A DNA stretch of 54,489 nucleotides from Prorocentrum cordatum (Eukaryota), in NCBI GenBank assembly GCA_963575745.1, contig CAUYUJ010000236.1:62001-116489 (forward strand). Reading direction: 5' to 3'. The notes below the pieces were generated by a model, which searched no databases, was not told the DNA's origin, and saw only the letters and a program-made list of their open reading frames with translations. The position numbers and the translations under genes are program-made. Each line of letters begins with the position of its first letter. Position 1 is the first letter of the stretch. Below, piece by piece: positions 14,455 through 26,794 of this stretch.

Positions 14455-14922
14455 CTGCGACCCACCCCGCGACCCACCCCATGACCCACCCCTCGACCCA
14501 TCCCGCGACCCACCCCGCGACCCACCCCGTGACCCACCCCGCGACTCACCCCGCGACCCACCCGCGACCCACCCCGCGACCCAACCCGCGACCCGCCCGC
14601 GACCCGCCCGCGACCCACCCTGCGACCCACCCCGCGACCCACCCTGCGACCCACCCCGCGACCCACCCCGTTACCCACCCCTCCACCCATCCCGCGACCC
14701 ACCCCGCGACCCACCCCGCGACCCACCCTGCGACCCACCCGCGACCCCCCCGTTACCCACCCCCCATCACCCCGCGACCCACCCCGCGACACACCCGCGA
14801 CCCACCCGCGACCCACCCCGCGACCCACCGCGCGACCCACCCGCGACCCACCTGCGACCCGGCCCGCGACCCACCCGCGACCCGGCCCGCGACCCAACCG
14901 CGACCCACCCGCGACCCACCCA
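14455..14922. repeat. (CCCACCCCGCGA)n 11-12-bp tandem repeat
   Basis: Directly visible, ~40 copies. Confidence 0.92.
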
Positions 14923-15062
14923 CAATCGGTGCCTGCGGAGGGCTCAATGCATAATTCGGAAAAGTTAGGCGCCTGCGGCGGGCTTCTCCAGAGCCTCGCA
15001 GACTGAGGACGTCCTCGCAGCCCCCTCACTCTTATCCGCAACTGCGGGGTGTTACATATTAC

Positions 15063-15260
15063 TTAGCGTTGCCTTGCATTGCTTGGCGGTGCTTGGCGGT
15101 GCTTGGCATTGCTTGGCGTTGCTTGGCATTGCTTCGCGTTAAGTTGTACGGCTTGGCATTGCTTGGCGTTGCTTGGCTTTGCTTGCCGTTGCTTGACATT
15201 GTTTGGCATTGCTTTGCGCTGCTGTGATATGCTCGGCGTCGCTTGACGTTGCCTGGCACT
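15063..15260. repeat. (TTGCTTGGCR)n decamer repeat
   Basis: Directly visible. Confidence 0.85.
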
Positions 15261-15671
15261 GCTGGGGAACAACACCAAGAACCAGGGCGGGGAACCCGAG
15301 GAACCTCCGAGGAACGGGCAACGTAAGAATACGAGGCGCTGGGGGCGGGTAACCCGATGAACCCGGGGAATCCGAGGAACTTCCGGGCAACGGGCAAAGT
15401 AACAATAGGAGACACCAACCCGTAGCCTTTTCTAAGTATCCAATAGGCAAACCGAACTGGGGATCAAGTGACTGCAGGGAGGAGTGGGCAGTGGGGCGAG
15501 GGGGGGAAGACCAAGCTAGGCGCGCTGGCGTCATATCTGCTGTCCTATCCCTCACTCCCATAACTTACCATGGCGTAGATCTCCTCTCTATTCGCACAAT
15601 CGGATGTCGCAGCATGGCATAGCATTACATGGCATAGCATGGGGTCGAGTACCAACGCATGACATAGCATA

Positions 15672-16690
15672 GCGTGGCGACGCCCCAGTGGGGCGGCTTC
15701 TTCGGCCCCAGAAATCAACTAATCGACACCGAATGTGTAATCACTTCTTCTTCTTTTTTCGGGGGGGGGCATATTCTAGATTTTGGGGCCCATTGGAAGA
15801 ATCGAAAACCATGCCGTGGCATGACAATAATGGCGCTACCGCTGCAGCGGGAGCACGATTCGGAACGAGCGGAAGCGCGGAAATGAGGCCAGCGCTGCAG
15901 CGGGATCACGATTCGGAACGAGCGGTACCCCGAAAATGAGGCCGCCGCCTCAGCGAGAGCAGCAATTTAATAACAAAAGAAAAGGAGGCGCGAAAATGAG
16001 CACGCGTAGCCTGACATAACATGGCGTGGCGACGCCCCAAAATGGGGGGGGTCTTCTGCGGCCCCAGAAATCAACGAATCGACACCGAATGTGGAATCAC
16101 TTCCGATGGTTTCTCTGGGGAGGCATTTTTTAGATTTTGGGACCCACTCGGAAGAACCGAAAACCATGCCGTGGCATGGCGCTGGAAATATTGACGCCAA
16201 CGCTGCTGCGGGAGCACAATTCGGAACGAGCGAAAGCGCGGAAATGAGGCCAGCGCTGCAGCGGGATCACGATTCGGAACGAGCGGCACCCCGAAAATGA
16301 GGCCACCGCCTCAGCGAGAGCAGCAATTTAATAACAAAAGAAAAGGAGGCGCGAAAATGAGCACGCGTAGCCTGACATAACATGGCGTGGCGACGCCCCA
16401 AAATGGGGGGGGTCTTCTGCGGCCCCAGAAATCAACTAATCGACACCGAATGTGTAATCACTTCCGATGGTTTTTTTCGGGGGGGCATATTCTAGATTTT
16501 GGGGCCCATTGGGAAGAATCGAAAACCATGCCCTGGCACGGCGCTGGAAATAATGGCGCCAACGCTGCAGCGGGAGCACGATTCGGAACGAGCGGAAGCG
16601 CGGAAATGAGGCCAACGATGCAGCGGGAGCACGATTCGGAACGAGCGGTAGCCCGAAAATGAAACCACTGCTTCAGCGAGAGCAGCATTT
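15672..16690. repeat. ~352-361-bp tandem repeat, ~3 copies
   Basis: GTGGCGACGCCCCA anchor at 15674, 16026 and 16387. Each unit has an internal duplicated GCTGCAGCGGGA(G/T)CACGATTCGGAACGAGCG. Confidence 0.9.
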
Positions 16691-17159
16691 TGACAAAAGA
16701 AATCTCACAGAAAAAACTGTGCGTCAAAAAACCAGCACGCGGAGGGGGGCCGGACATTCCACGGACGCCACCAGGGGAGAGAGGAGAGTAGCACTCATTG
16801 CTTTTCAAAATTGTGGCTCACCACCTGTAGAGCTGCCGACGTCTTTGCCGCCAGGCGGCCAGGAGTGGGTTCGACGCGTCGAGTCGTCCGCGGTCGCGTC
16901 CTCGTTCTCCCCCGCGTCCTCGTCCGAGGTCGCGCCCTCCTCGTCGCTGGAGGCCGTCGCGAGGCGCGTCGCGGGGACTGTCGCAGTGGCAATCGTCAAG
17001 GGAGGAAAAACCAACCGGACCCGACAATTGGCGTTTACTAAACGGCCTCGGACGTTCCCTGAACAGCCCGGCCCTGTTCGATTCCTTCAGTGAGGGCGTT
17101 TAGTAATCGACTTCGCGTCTCGGGGTGTTTATTATGGAGTGGATGTTTTTCCCCCGAAG

Positions 17160-17410
17160 TCGTGGTGGCCGCGGTCGTCCTCGCGCCCGCCTTGGCGGTC
17201 ACCGTCGCGGGGCTCGTCTCGGGGGTCCGTCGCGGGGGCCGCCGTCGTGAGGGTCGTCGCCGAGAGGCCGTCGCGGGGAGCGTCGTGCGGGGCCGTCGCG
17301 GGGGGCCGTCGCGGGGGTCGCGGGGACGGCTGTCCAGTCGTCCGCCCAGCCGTCCGCGAGGGAGGCGCTGTCCGCGAAGCTAAGGTCGTCCCAGCAAGGG
17401 GTCCGTCGCG
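17160..17410. repeat. (GGGCCGTCGCGG)n-type 12-bp repeat; related family at ~27520-28340
   Basis: Recurrent CCGTCG(C/T)G. Shared GTCGTCCG..GTCCGCGAGGGA..CGCT.TCCGCG..TCCCAG at ~17337-17400 and ~27543-27605. Confidence 0.7.
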
Positions 17411-17459
17411 CAGTGAGCCGTGGTTTCCGAAACACGCACGCTGGGGAATGCACCAATCG

Positions 17460-17477
17460 GCGCGTGCGCGCGCCTGC

Positions 17478-17508
<31 letters not shown>

Positions 17509-18810
17509 TGTGTGTGTGTGTGCGTGCGTGCGTGAGTGTGTGTGTGTGTGTGCGTGTGTGTGTGTGTGCGTGTTGTGTGTGTGTGCGTGCGTGTGCACGT
17601 GCGTACGTCCGTGTGTGTGTGTGTGTATGGGTGTGGGTGTGGGTGTGTGTATGTGTGTTGTGCGTGTGCGTGTACATGTGTGTGAGTGAGTGCGCGTGTG
17701 TGTATATGTAAATGTGTGTATGTGTGTATGTGTGCGTGTGTGTGTGTGCGAGTGCGCGCGTGTGTGTGTGGGGGTGTGTGTATGTGTGCTGTGTATATGT
17801 GTGCGTGTGGGTGTGCGTGCGTGCGTGCGTGCGCGTGTGTGTGTGTGTGTGTGGGTGTGGGTGTGGGCGTGTGTGTGTATGTGTTTGCGTGCGTGCGTGC
17901 GTGCGTGCGTGCGCGTGTGTGTGTGTGTGTATGTGTGTGTGTGTGTCTGTGTGGTGTGTGGGTGTGGGTGTGTGTGTCGTGTGTGCGCGTGCCTGTGAGA
18001 GTGGGTGAGTGAGTGTATGTGTGGAGGTGTGTATCTGTGTATGTATATGCTTGTGTGTGCGTGTGCACGAATGCGCGAGTGTGTATGTGTGTGGGTGTGT
18101 GTTGTGGGCGTGCGTGTGTGTGAGTGCGTGAGTGAGTGTATAAGTATGGGTATACGCGTGTATCTGTGTATGTGTGTGTTCGTGCGTGTGCGTGTGTGTG
18201 GGCGAATGCGTGTGTGTGTGTGTGCGCCTGGGCGAATGCGTGCTGTGTATGCGGCGTGTTCGCTGTATGTGCGGTGTGTGTGTGCGCGGTGTGTACGCTG
18301 TGTGTGCGTGGCTCGTGGTGTGTGCGGGGTCTGTGCGGAGTCCGCTATGTGCGCGGTTTGTGCAGTGTGTGCGGAAGTGCCGTGCTGTATGGTGCACACC
18401 ATGGCTGTTTCCCATATCCAAAGTGGGGTTCTCGTTTTTTTTTCTGGGTACCCCGCGTAGGAACTAGAGAACACCCACACTCACACAAACACACGCACAC
18501 ACATTCACACCCACACACACACACACACACACTCTCTCTCTCTCTCGCACGGACTCACACACTCACACACGCACCCACCCACTCACACACTCTCACACAA
18601 ACGTTCACTCACCCAGTCACGCACCCAGTCACACACACACGCATCATCATCACTCACTCACGCACTCACCCGCCCACCCACCCACCTACCCACCCACTCA
18701 CCCCATCACAGCGTCATCGTCATCATCATCATCAACACCAGCATCGTCATCATCCGCACTATCATCATCACCTTCACTCACTCACTCATTCATACACTCA
18801 CTCACGCATC
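17460..18810. repeat. Degenerate (GT)n tract followed by (CA)n/(CACT)n/(CAT)n tracts
   Basis: GT-rich 17460-18370, CA-rich 18470-18810. Confidence 0.92.
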
Positions 18811-19600
18811 TCAGGCGGGAGTTTCGCCTTTGAGCGAAGCGCGAGGAAGTCTCCGGCGTGACCCCCTCCCCATGGGACCCGCAACTGATGTTACTAATCC
18901 GAACGGGTCGTCGGAATCCTGTAACAGTCGTCGCGTTTGGCAGATTCAAGCTTGGGTGCGGTGAAAGTCACAGGTGGGAGCCCCGTCTGTGAATGAATTG
19001 CGAGGAAGTCTCATGCGGGAGCTCCCTCCCTATGGGGCCCGCAACTCATGATACAAACCCGAGCGGGCCATCGGAATCCTTAACTGTAGTCACGTCTGGC
19101 CTTTTCAAGCTTGAGTATGGCGGAAGTCTCAGGCGGGAGCCTAGTCTGTGAGCGAATTGCGAGGACATCTCAGACAGGACGCCCCTCCTTATGGGACCTG
19201 CAACTCACGTTACCAATCCGAGCGGGTCATCGGAATCGTCAACTGCCGTCACGTTTGGCCTCGTCAAGCTGGAGTATGGTGGAAGATGGTGAAAGTCTCA
19301 AGGGAGCTTCGCCTGTTAGTAAATTGCGGGGAAGTCTCACGCGGAAGATCCCTCCCCATGGGGCCCGCAACTGGTGTTACTAATCCGAGCGGGTCGGGAT
19401 CCGTAAGTGTCGTCACTTTGGGCCTCTTCAAGCTTGGGTACGGCGAAGGGCTCAAGCGGGAGCCTCGTGTGTGAGTGAATTGCGAGGAAGTCTTAGGCGG
19501 GAGCCCCCTCCCTATGGGGCCCGCAGCTCATGTTACTGATCCGAACAACCCAACGGAACCATGTAACTGTCGTCACTTTTGGGATCCTGAGGCCTGGGTA
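18808..19600. repeat. Diverged ~160-bp tandem repeat, 5 copies
   Basis: GCA(A/G)CT anchor (after CCTCCC.ATGGG.CC) at 18881, 19041, 19200, 19367 and 19523. Confidence 0.9.
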
Positions 19601-19895
19601 TGGGGGGGTATCACGCGGGGTTGTCCCAACGGCTGCGCGACGCGGTCATTAGGCAATGCGCCCGTGCTGGTCGAAGCGGCGACGACGCCGAGGAAAACCG
19701 ACGCGCGCGCTCCTGCCAGGATGAAGGAGAGCTGCACGAGGAGAACAGGCGGGGCGGACATGAGGAGAGGGAGAAGGAGGGGAGGTGAAGGAGGAGGAAG
19801 AAAAGGACGGAACAAAAAACGAGGGGGAGGGGGAGGGAGAGGAGGCGGAGGACGAGGAGGAAGAGGAGGAGGAGGCGGACGAGCAAGAGGATAAA

Positions 19896-19912
19896 CAATA
19901 TGACGAGTAGGA
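19896..19912 (+). repeat. Left target-site duplication of the LINE, CAATATGACGAGTAGGA
   Basis: Identical 17-mer at 26641-26657. Confidence 0.95.
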
Positions 19913-19960
19913 ACTGGAACTGGAACTGGACAGACGCGAAGCGTCACAACAAGGGCCACA

Positions 19961-22900
19961 TTACTCCTTGGGCTTTAAGCCCCTGGAGAGACGATCTAAT
20001 ATCTCCCGCCTCTTGGGCGTCAAATTGGCTGTAGAGCATTCCTTACCTAGGTCCCGAATCTGATCGGTACCGTGTCGAGGGCAGACTCTGCAGAACCAAT
20101 AGCCACTGGCGGAATGGAAATACATACGGTGCGAATGATGCGCAAAGGACCCCCCGATGCGCACAGCCCCTGACCCTGGGGCCGCCTTGAAAAGCCCCCC
20201 GCCCACGGCCTGAGGCGGACAGCACGGCGTTCTGAGCCATGCCGTCCGTGTCCCTCGGCTCGCCGCCGAGAAGCAGTTGGTACACCTCCTGCCCTCGGGA
20301 TCGACACGATGAGACGACCCGAAGAGGGCGACGGCGGCGGGCGACGGCGGCGGCAAAAGGCGAGGGGGAGGGGGAGGAGGAGGGGAGGAAGAGGCAGCAG
20401 CATCAGCATTGGATGGAGGCGGTCTCTCGGGCTTTCTGTTCGTCACTGCCATAACGTCCAGGGTTGCCCTCATTAGCCGCTTCCGTGCAAGACTGGCTGT
20501 ACTCTCTACCTCCAAAATCCTCGCACGAACACTCTCTGAAAGGCGGGCCTCCAAAGCGCTCGCACCCGCGAGCTCGTCCACTACAGTATCCCCGATCAAG
20601 AAGTGCTGGGGAATGCCTCTTCTTTTGGCTTCGGCAAGGTCCAAATGCGACGGCATCCACAGAACAACAATTTCATGATGAGGACGCTTCTGCTCAGCTA
20701 ATAAGGCCCCGATGGATCTCCAAGTGGATGCCATCTCACCCGAGGGATTCTTGAACTTCCGAGCCCACCACCCGTTCACCACCTCCTCATTGTCAGCCAC
20801 GTAGACAACAGGCCCACAGGTGTATCTGATGGTAAGTTCTAGAGCGGCCAGTTCACCCCGAGGAACAGTTTGACGAGGGCCCACCAAAGGCCCTGAAATA
20901 GCTGAACCAATAACAGGCGGTGAAAAACTCGACATTGTTGCCACAGCTAAACCAACACGTCTAAACAAGGGATTCTTGGTATCTGGGCCCCCCGACGCAT
21001 CCCCGAAGACAAGAACAGGGTCATCGTCCTGCCCGACACCAAGACACCCTGGATTCAAGGTGGAATCGTTGATACCATAAGCCTTCCATTTCACTTCATC
21101 GGGAGGTGGGTCAACCTGCAGCCAGCTTGCAGGAATCACCCCCCTCAGCCAAAAACAGGCGAACATTTCGCTCTGAGCAACTGCCTGAGCGCATAACTTA
21201 TCCGAGGCTTCGTAAATACTATGCCCCGTGTTGCACTCACAAAGCCACGCACGATGCAGGGGGTCCTCCCGAACCATCTTACACCTCGGGCATAAATCAT
21301 CGGTAATCAAACCCTCATCCTTACGCCGAGATTGCGGCCATGAACCCCCTACAGCGATATTGACCAAAACTTCAGACAGTTGGCGCCCTCTGCGCACCTG
21401 TTGCAACTCGTGCACGAGCCTACGCAGAGAAACGTTGTTGGCTCCACCTTCAAGGCCTGCGCCGCAAAAGTGAGATGCTGCCTGGCGCCATAGGTGGGCA
21501 GACTGATCACGCTCAAACTCGGCAAGCAAATCAACAGCCTGATCCATCCCAACCAACTTATCCTCACTGAACTGCCATTCCCGCACCGTACCATCCCCCG
21601 TACTAGGAACCTCCCAGACGTCAGGCGCGCGGGGGACCCACCCTACCTGCAGCAAATGAGCAATGGTGGCAGAGAGGGGTCCACGTATATGCCTAGCATA
21701 TTCAGTGGGACCGAGGTTCTGAAACTTGGACAAAACTTGCGGCCAGGCACGACGAATGCCAGCTCGTACTTGCGGCTCCGCTATCCAAATGCGAAGCCAT
21801 TCACGAATGCAAGAGACTGGGAGACGAATCCCTGGGTCAAAGCCAGGGGTCCTCATGTCCAACAAGGTGGTTAAGCAACGCCCCTTTTTGGCCGCCCCCG
21901 AGACCGCTCCTAGACGCCTCCGAAGTCCCAAGAGCTGAGTCCCGAAAACGCCGTAGATCTGCATCCCGTAAGTAGAGGCCGCCTGCGGCCCTCCCAACTC
22001 CACCTTCTTGGTCACCTGGTACCGCTTCGAAGCCCAAGCAAACCTCCTGAGTTTGGCGTTCTGAGCGTTCCCTTTGATAACACGCTGCCTCCGAGTAGCC
22101 CGTGCTGGACGCTTCCCAACTCCTTGGTCGACCCCCAGATAAGCAGCCTGAAGCACCGGTTTAATCGGGATGTCCATCTTTTTCAAACGAGCAGAAACCT
22201 GGCGAGCAACGCGGTGACTGGAGCACAGAACCACACTCTTGTCTGCCAGCGTGAGCTGCTCTGCCCGAAAGAAGTCGTGAGCATCTCGAACGCACGCTTG
22301 AAGTTCCGAACTTACTGCCCTCTCTGAACCTACGACCGAACCGTCGAGGTCATCGATCCAAAGACGCTGGCTCATACCCACATGTGCTATACTCATCTTG
22401 CGCATGACGAAAAAGGTGACACACCGAGCGAACCTGGTTCCGTTCCTGAGCCCCTGCACCACGCTCCGAGTGGGCTGAAAGGCCCTCGAGTGCGCTCCAA
22501 GCTGCGAGACCAACCTAGGCGCCAAGCAAGTCTGCAACTCCAGACATAACAGCACAGGCGGATACCCTAATCGCAAAGCTGCCGAGATGAGACGCGGCCA
22601 CTGGATATGATCATAGAAACTCTTGATGTCAAGGATGGTCTGCCCCACCGTGGCCCCCAACTGCACTGCCACCTCGGAATTCAACACCCTGAGGTAAGCC
22701 TCCCTGAAAGCGCTATTCCCCACAATGGCAGCATCCCAGGACGACACCAGCGACTCAGACCATTCACGAGCACACGGCTCTCTAGCAAGGCTCCAGATAC
22801 GGCAAAACATCGCGATGAGCCCTATCACCCTGTCCCCTCCAGACTTCTTCGCCAACAACCTCCCCACCACTAGCATAGTCTGCCATGGCCATGTCTTGCG

Positions 22901-25358
22901 CTCTTCTATGGCGGCGCACAACGAACACAGCTCTGCAATCGCAACATCAGGCAACCTCTCGAAGTCGAGTGGAGAGAGACGATCGATACCCATCCCCGCC
23001 TTACCCTTCATCTTCCTGAGGGCCCCCCTGACGTCGTCGACAGTGAGAGGAGGAAGTGGGTCATAGTCTGCAGCAGCCTTGATGGTGCCAAAAAGATTCT
23101 CCAAATCGTTCACATCTAGAGTATCAGCGGACCACAACTGCTGCCAATGCTCTACCTTCGAATCGATGATGTCCTTTGGATTAAAGACCCTCTCCCCCTT
23201 GATAACAAATTCCTCGGCAGCGTGTGGGGCCTTGCGCAGGGACTTAAATACTGCACCTAGGGAGCTTTCCTCGACGATCCACTCCTGAAATCTTTTCGGA
23301 GACGCGTGCACCGCACGCCCACGGGCCCTCTTTGAGGCCTTCTTCGAAAGAACCTTCAAGGCTTCCAAGGTCCCAAGGTCCAAAAAGTCCAGGTCCCCTA
23401 AAAAAACGACCCACTGGTCCCAACTGAAAGCTCCCTTACCAGTCGGAAGAACCACGTGAACGCCTTCAGGGAGATCCTCCAGCAGAACTTTCCCCACTGC
23501 ACAAAGCTGAGCAACCTGCTGACTACCGTTATCACGTACCCTATGCCGATGGAGCCGAAGCAGCACCACATGGGCCCGTGCCCACCAGCTAGCCAAAGAA
23601 TCAGCGAGAGGTTGCGACCTAACATGTTCTGGCCTCTGAACTGCCTCGACAACTAACACTGGCCCCTGAGCTCGTGACCGACCGACCTGCTTTTTGCCGT
23701 GCTGAGATAGGATGGCATTCTCCGCTGCTTGCACCCATGCCCCGAACATGTTGCTAACAGGGATGACGTCGTCCCCTCCCATACGGTAGGCTAAAGACGA
23801 TGCAATAGCAGGCCAAACGTCTTCATGAGACTGCTCCAGAGATCCCACTTGTGCCCGATGCTGCCCCCACACTTCTGCTGGTATGGCATAGGGGCAGAGG
23901 GAGGGGGAAGACTGCTTAAAGTCATCGGCGACCCCGGGGGTTTCAGAGCTGACACATGGCACATCGGGATCCTTTTCCGCAGAGACACTCACATGACTGG
24001 CCCTAGGGACAAAACTTGATTCGTCGGCCCATGGATCCTCCTCTTCTGGGAAATCTTCGGGCTCTCCGAAAGCAAAGGGATCCTCGGGCTCTGTGAGAGG
24101 CTCCTGAGTAGATTCACCGTCACTACCTACATTAGACTCAACATTCTGCTTGGCCTGGTGCCCTACCACGTCCCCAAAGAAATCCTCACACGCAGCCTGA
24201 AACTTAGACGAGAAGGCCTCGCGCGCTTCACGCCGTTCGAGCTTCGCCCGCTGCGACTTGCTGTTAGGTTTAGGCTGCGCGGAGGGCCTAGGGACCTGAG
24301 GCAACACGGAGGCTACCTTAAGGGCTCTGGTTATAAGCTGCTGTCCTTCATTGCGAATTGTGATGCTGATGCCGATATGCGTGCCCCACGGCACATCGAG
24401 CACCCCAGAAACCTGACCTAGGTACGGACACGCTGCCCTACTAGCAATGACATAGTCTATATGAGACTGCCCCGTTCCTGTGACACAGGTGTGCTGCACA
24501 TCTGCTTGCCAGAGGAAACCCTGCACACGATCGTGGTGGCAGATTGAAATCGCCGACTATAACCCATGGGAGTTGCAGGAGAGAGACGTACGTGCCCAGC
24601 CTAACCAAACGTTGCGCGCTATCTCCTGCAAAACCTTCTTTGCCCAGTCCGTAGAAAACTATCAGTACCATCGAGTACCCCCGAAAATGGAGAGTGACAG
24701 GCAAAAACCCGTCGAAGGCATCCCCTGACGCAGCAGCCAGAGCTGGGAAATCACTAGGATCACTCGTGCGATGCGCCTGCAAATGACCTTCGGCGAGAAT
24801 CATTTCTCCCCCTTCATTGGAACGAGCACTCAAAGTCTCCGCTCTTGGCCGAGCGGGGTTAAAGAAAGGACGCAAGTGTGCACGCTTAGCTGCTCCAGTC
24901 CAATGATCCTGCCTAGACGCTGGCTCATGACACTCAGCAAGCGCAAAAAAGTTGCATCTCCTTCTGACCTGGGGACTGGTGATATGGCTCCAAGCCTGAG
25001 GACCTAAACAAGTGATGTTTCCGAACAGCAAACTAGAGAAATCTGCGGCAACTCGACTCCCTTCCCCAAGAGAGTCCCCTGCGACAAGACTGCTGGCCTC
25101 ACCGCTGCCACCTACTACTGGCGGAAGAAGTTGATGCGCTGGGGCTGCCTTCGCCACGCCGCCCTCCTGCTGTACAGGGGGTCCCCGACTGCTCGAGGCC
25201 CCTGAATCGCAGAGAGGGGCGTCGGCTCCCAAAGGCGCCCCAGCCGTAAGCGGCAGCCCGACCTGGCCGAAGTCCCCGACGACGTCGCCAGCCCCGGGCT
25301 GCACCTGGCGATCGGCGGTCTCGCGCAGCCCGCCAGGCGCGAGCTGCGCCGCCGACCC
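19961..25358 (-). CDS. LINE ORF2: AP endonuclease, reverse transcriptase, RNase H, Cys/His C-terminus; one frameshift near 24530
   Basis: APE: LLFGNIT, FFALAECH, SNEGGEMI, VIVGDFN, then in the shifted frame TC..SHIDYVI and WGTHIG. RT: KAGMGIDRL, KKSGGDRVIGL, LDIKSFYD, VVQG, WIDD, YLGV. CPRC..H..W.C knuckle. RNase H: FGDASGG, QTVPRGELAA, VADNEEV, WMPSH, GDTVVDELA. Confidence 0.93.
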
Positions 25359-26483
25359 TCAGGCCACCGCGCCAGTGGCGGCAGCGCAGGCCTCCTCGGA
25401 CGCCGCTGCCGCCGTCTTCGCCGCGAACTTGCTCGCGGAGATCCTCGCCGCGTGCGCCTCGACCTCGGCGGGCGTGGGGCCCTCGGGCGACGCCGTCGGC
25501 TGGGGCGTTGGGCCTCCCGTGGAGCCCGAAGCTGCTGCTGCACCCGCAGGAGCGCCTCCGCCGTCCCCTGCCGCCGCAGCCCCTGCATCACCAGGAGTAG
25601 CTTGACCTGCGTCCCCCTTCCTCTTCTTGGCCAGCCTCGACGCGACCTCCTTCTGCATCTGCTGGGCCCTCTGCTTCCACTCCTCGACCTGTGTACCCTT
25701 GCTCGTGAGAGTCTCACGTGCTGCTTTCAGATCCCCTTCGAGTTTGAGCAACTCTTCCCTTTCGTGCGGCTCGCACTCGTAGTCGCCTATGTGCTTGAAG
25801 AACTCCTCGTCCCACTGCAACTGCCATGACGCACTCTTGTCGTCACTGGGCTGGCCGCCGATCGGGTTCGACGAGGGGTCCGTGCCCATGCCCGCTTCAC
25901 GCGCGAGCGCCTTCACTGCCAGCTTCTTGCTGATCTCTGCCGCGGCCACCTCCTTGGCCATGAGCGCCTCCTTGTCCTCGGCTCTCTTGAGAGCCTCTCG
26001 ACATTTCAGCACCTGGGCTATAGCTTGATCATGCCGCATGTTGGCGTTCTTCCAAGCCCCGTCCGCGCGCCTCAACGCCTCCTCAGGCGTGAGGCTGGGC
26101 GCGGGTGGGCTGCCAGGCTTGTTCACGGCCTCGAGCTGCGCCAGCAACTGACTCTTGAACGTCATGTCCTGAGTGCTGCTGATGAGGCGCATGAGCCTGG
26201 CCTTCACGTCAGCGGCCGCCTCGGCTGGGGCGGTCACGCCCTTGCCGCCGCCGACTCCCTTGCCTGCACCCTTGCTGTCCTGACTCAGCGAGAGCGTCTG
26301 GTCGTCGGACAGATCGGTGCCTGCCGTGCCCTTGCGGGTCTTGGGCTTGTAGAGCTTGACTGGTCTGTTACATCGTGCACATCTGCATGCCCGTGAGAGC
26401 AAGACGTCGTTCCACTCGTAGGCCGAACATCCCGCGCACTGACTCCACGGACGGTGTGCCTCTTGTGCTGCCTTGCCTGCCAT
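25359..26483 (-). CDS. LINE ORF1 (374 aa), N-terminal C4 zinc finger and coiled-coil
   Basis: The first ATG downstream of the SL-like 5' end is at 26483. W.QCAGC..W......CRCARC motif, helical EEALRRADGAWKNA..KEVAAAEISKK region, Ala/Gly-rich tail. The frame is open and uninterrupted. Confidence 0.85.
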   Translation of the reverse strand: MAGKAAQEAHRPWSQCAGCSAYEWNDVLLSRACRCARCNRPVKLYKPKTRKGTAGTDLSDDQTLSLSQDSKGAGKGVGGGKGVTAPAEAAADVKARLMRLISSTQDMTFKSQLLAQLEAVNKPGSPPAPSLTPEEALRRADGAWKNANMRHDQAIAQVLKCREALKRAEDKEALMAKEVAAAEISKKLAVKALAREAGMGTDPSSNPIGGQPSDDKSASWQLQWDEEFFKHIGDYECEPHEREELLKLEGDLKAARETLTSKGTQVEEWKQRAQQMQKEVASRLAKKRKGDAGQATPGDAGAAAAGDGGGAPAGAAAASGSTGGPTPQPTASPEGPTPAEVEAHAARISASKFAAKTAAAASEEACAAATGAVA

Positions 26484-26618
26484 CGCGCTGCTACAACCTC
26501 GATTCGCCACGTCGAACGCACTCCAACTGTCAGACAGGGCCCAACGCGTGGAGAGAGTCGGCGTGCCCCTCAAGCCCCCTCGTGGCGGGTCGAGGTAGCT
26601 CAGGTGATGCAAAATGCG

Positions 26619-26640
26619 CCTGAGCCTGAATGGCTTGAGT
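26619..26640 (-). other. Spliced-leader remnant plus relic SL at the LINE 5' terminus
   Basis: Minus strand ACTCAAG+CCATTCAGGCTCAGG versus expected GCTCAAG+CCATTTTGGCTCAAG (6/7 and 12/15), abutting the TSD. Confidence 0.75.
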
Positions 26641-26657
26641 CAATATGACGAGTAGGA
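26641..26657 (+). repeat. Right target-site duplication of the LINE
   Basis: CAATATGACGAGTAGGA, identical to 19896-19912. Confidence 0.95.
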
Positions 26658-26794
26658 GGAGAATGAGCAGGAGGAGGAGAAGGACGCAGAGGGCGGAAGG
26701 AAGGTCTCCGAGAGTCGAAAAAGAAAAGGGCGAGAGACAAGCTAAAATTATTATCCTGTGGGGTCCTACCGTCGGGATAATAGTAATAACCCAA

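Larger units (their letters stand above)
19913..26640 (-). mobile_element. Full-length non-LTR retrotransposon (ORF1 + APE-RT-RNase H), near intact
   Basis: Perfect 17-bp TSD, (TCCAGT)3 3' tail at 19930-19913, ~30-nt 3' UTR, two ORFs, SL-derived 5' end. The clade cannot be determined by eye; the architecture is compatible with Ambal/I-group-like elements. Confidence 0.96.

Noticed and set aside
15419..15435. SL-like CCGTAGCCTTTTCTAAG on the plus strand
   Set aside because: It needs several gaps to align to DinoSL, and no coding sequence or element boundary follows.
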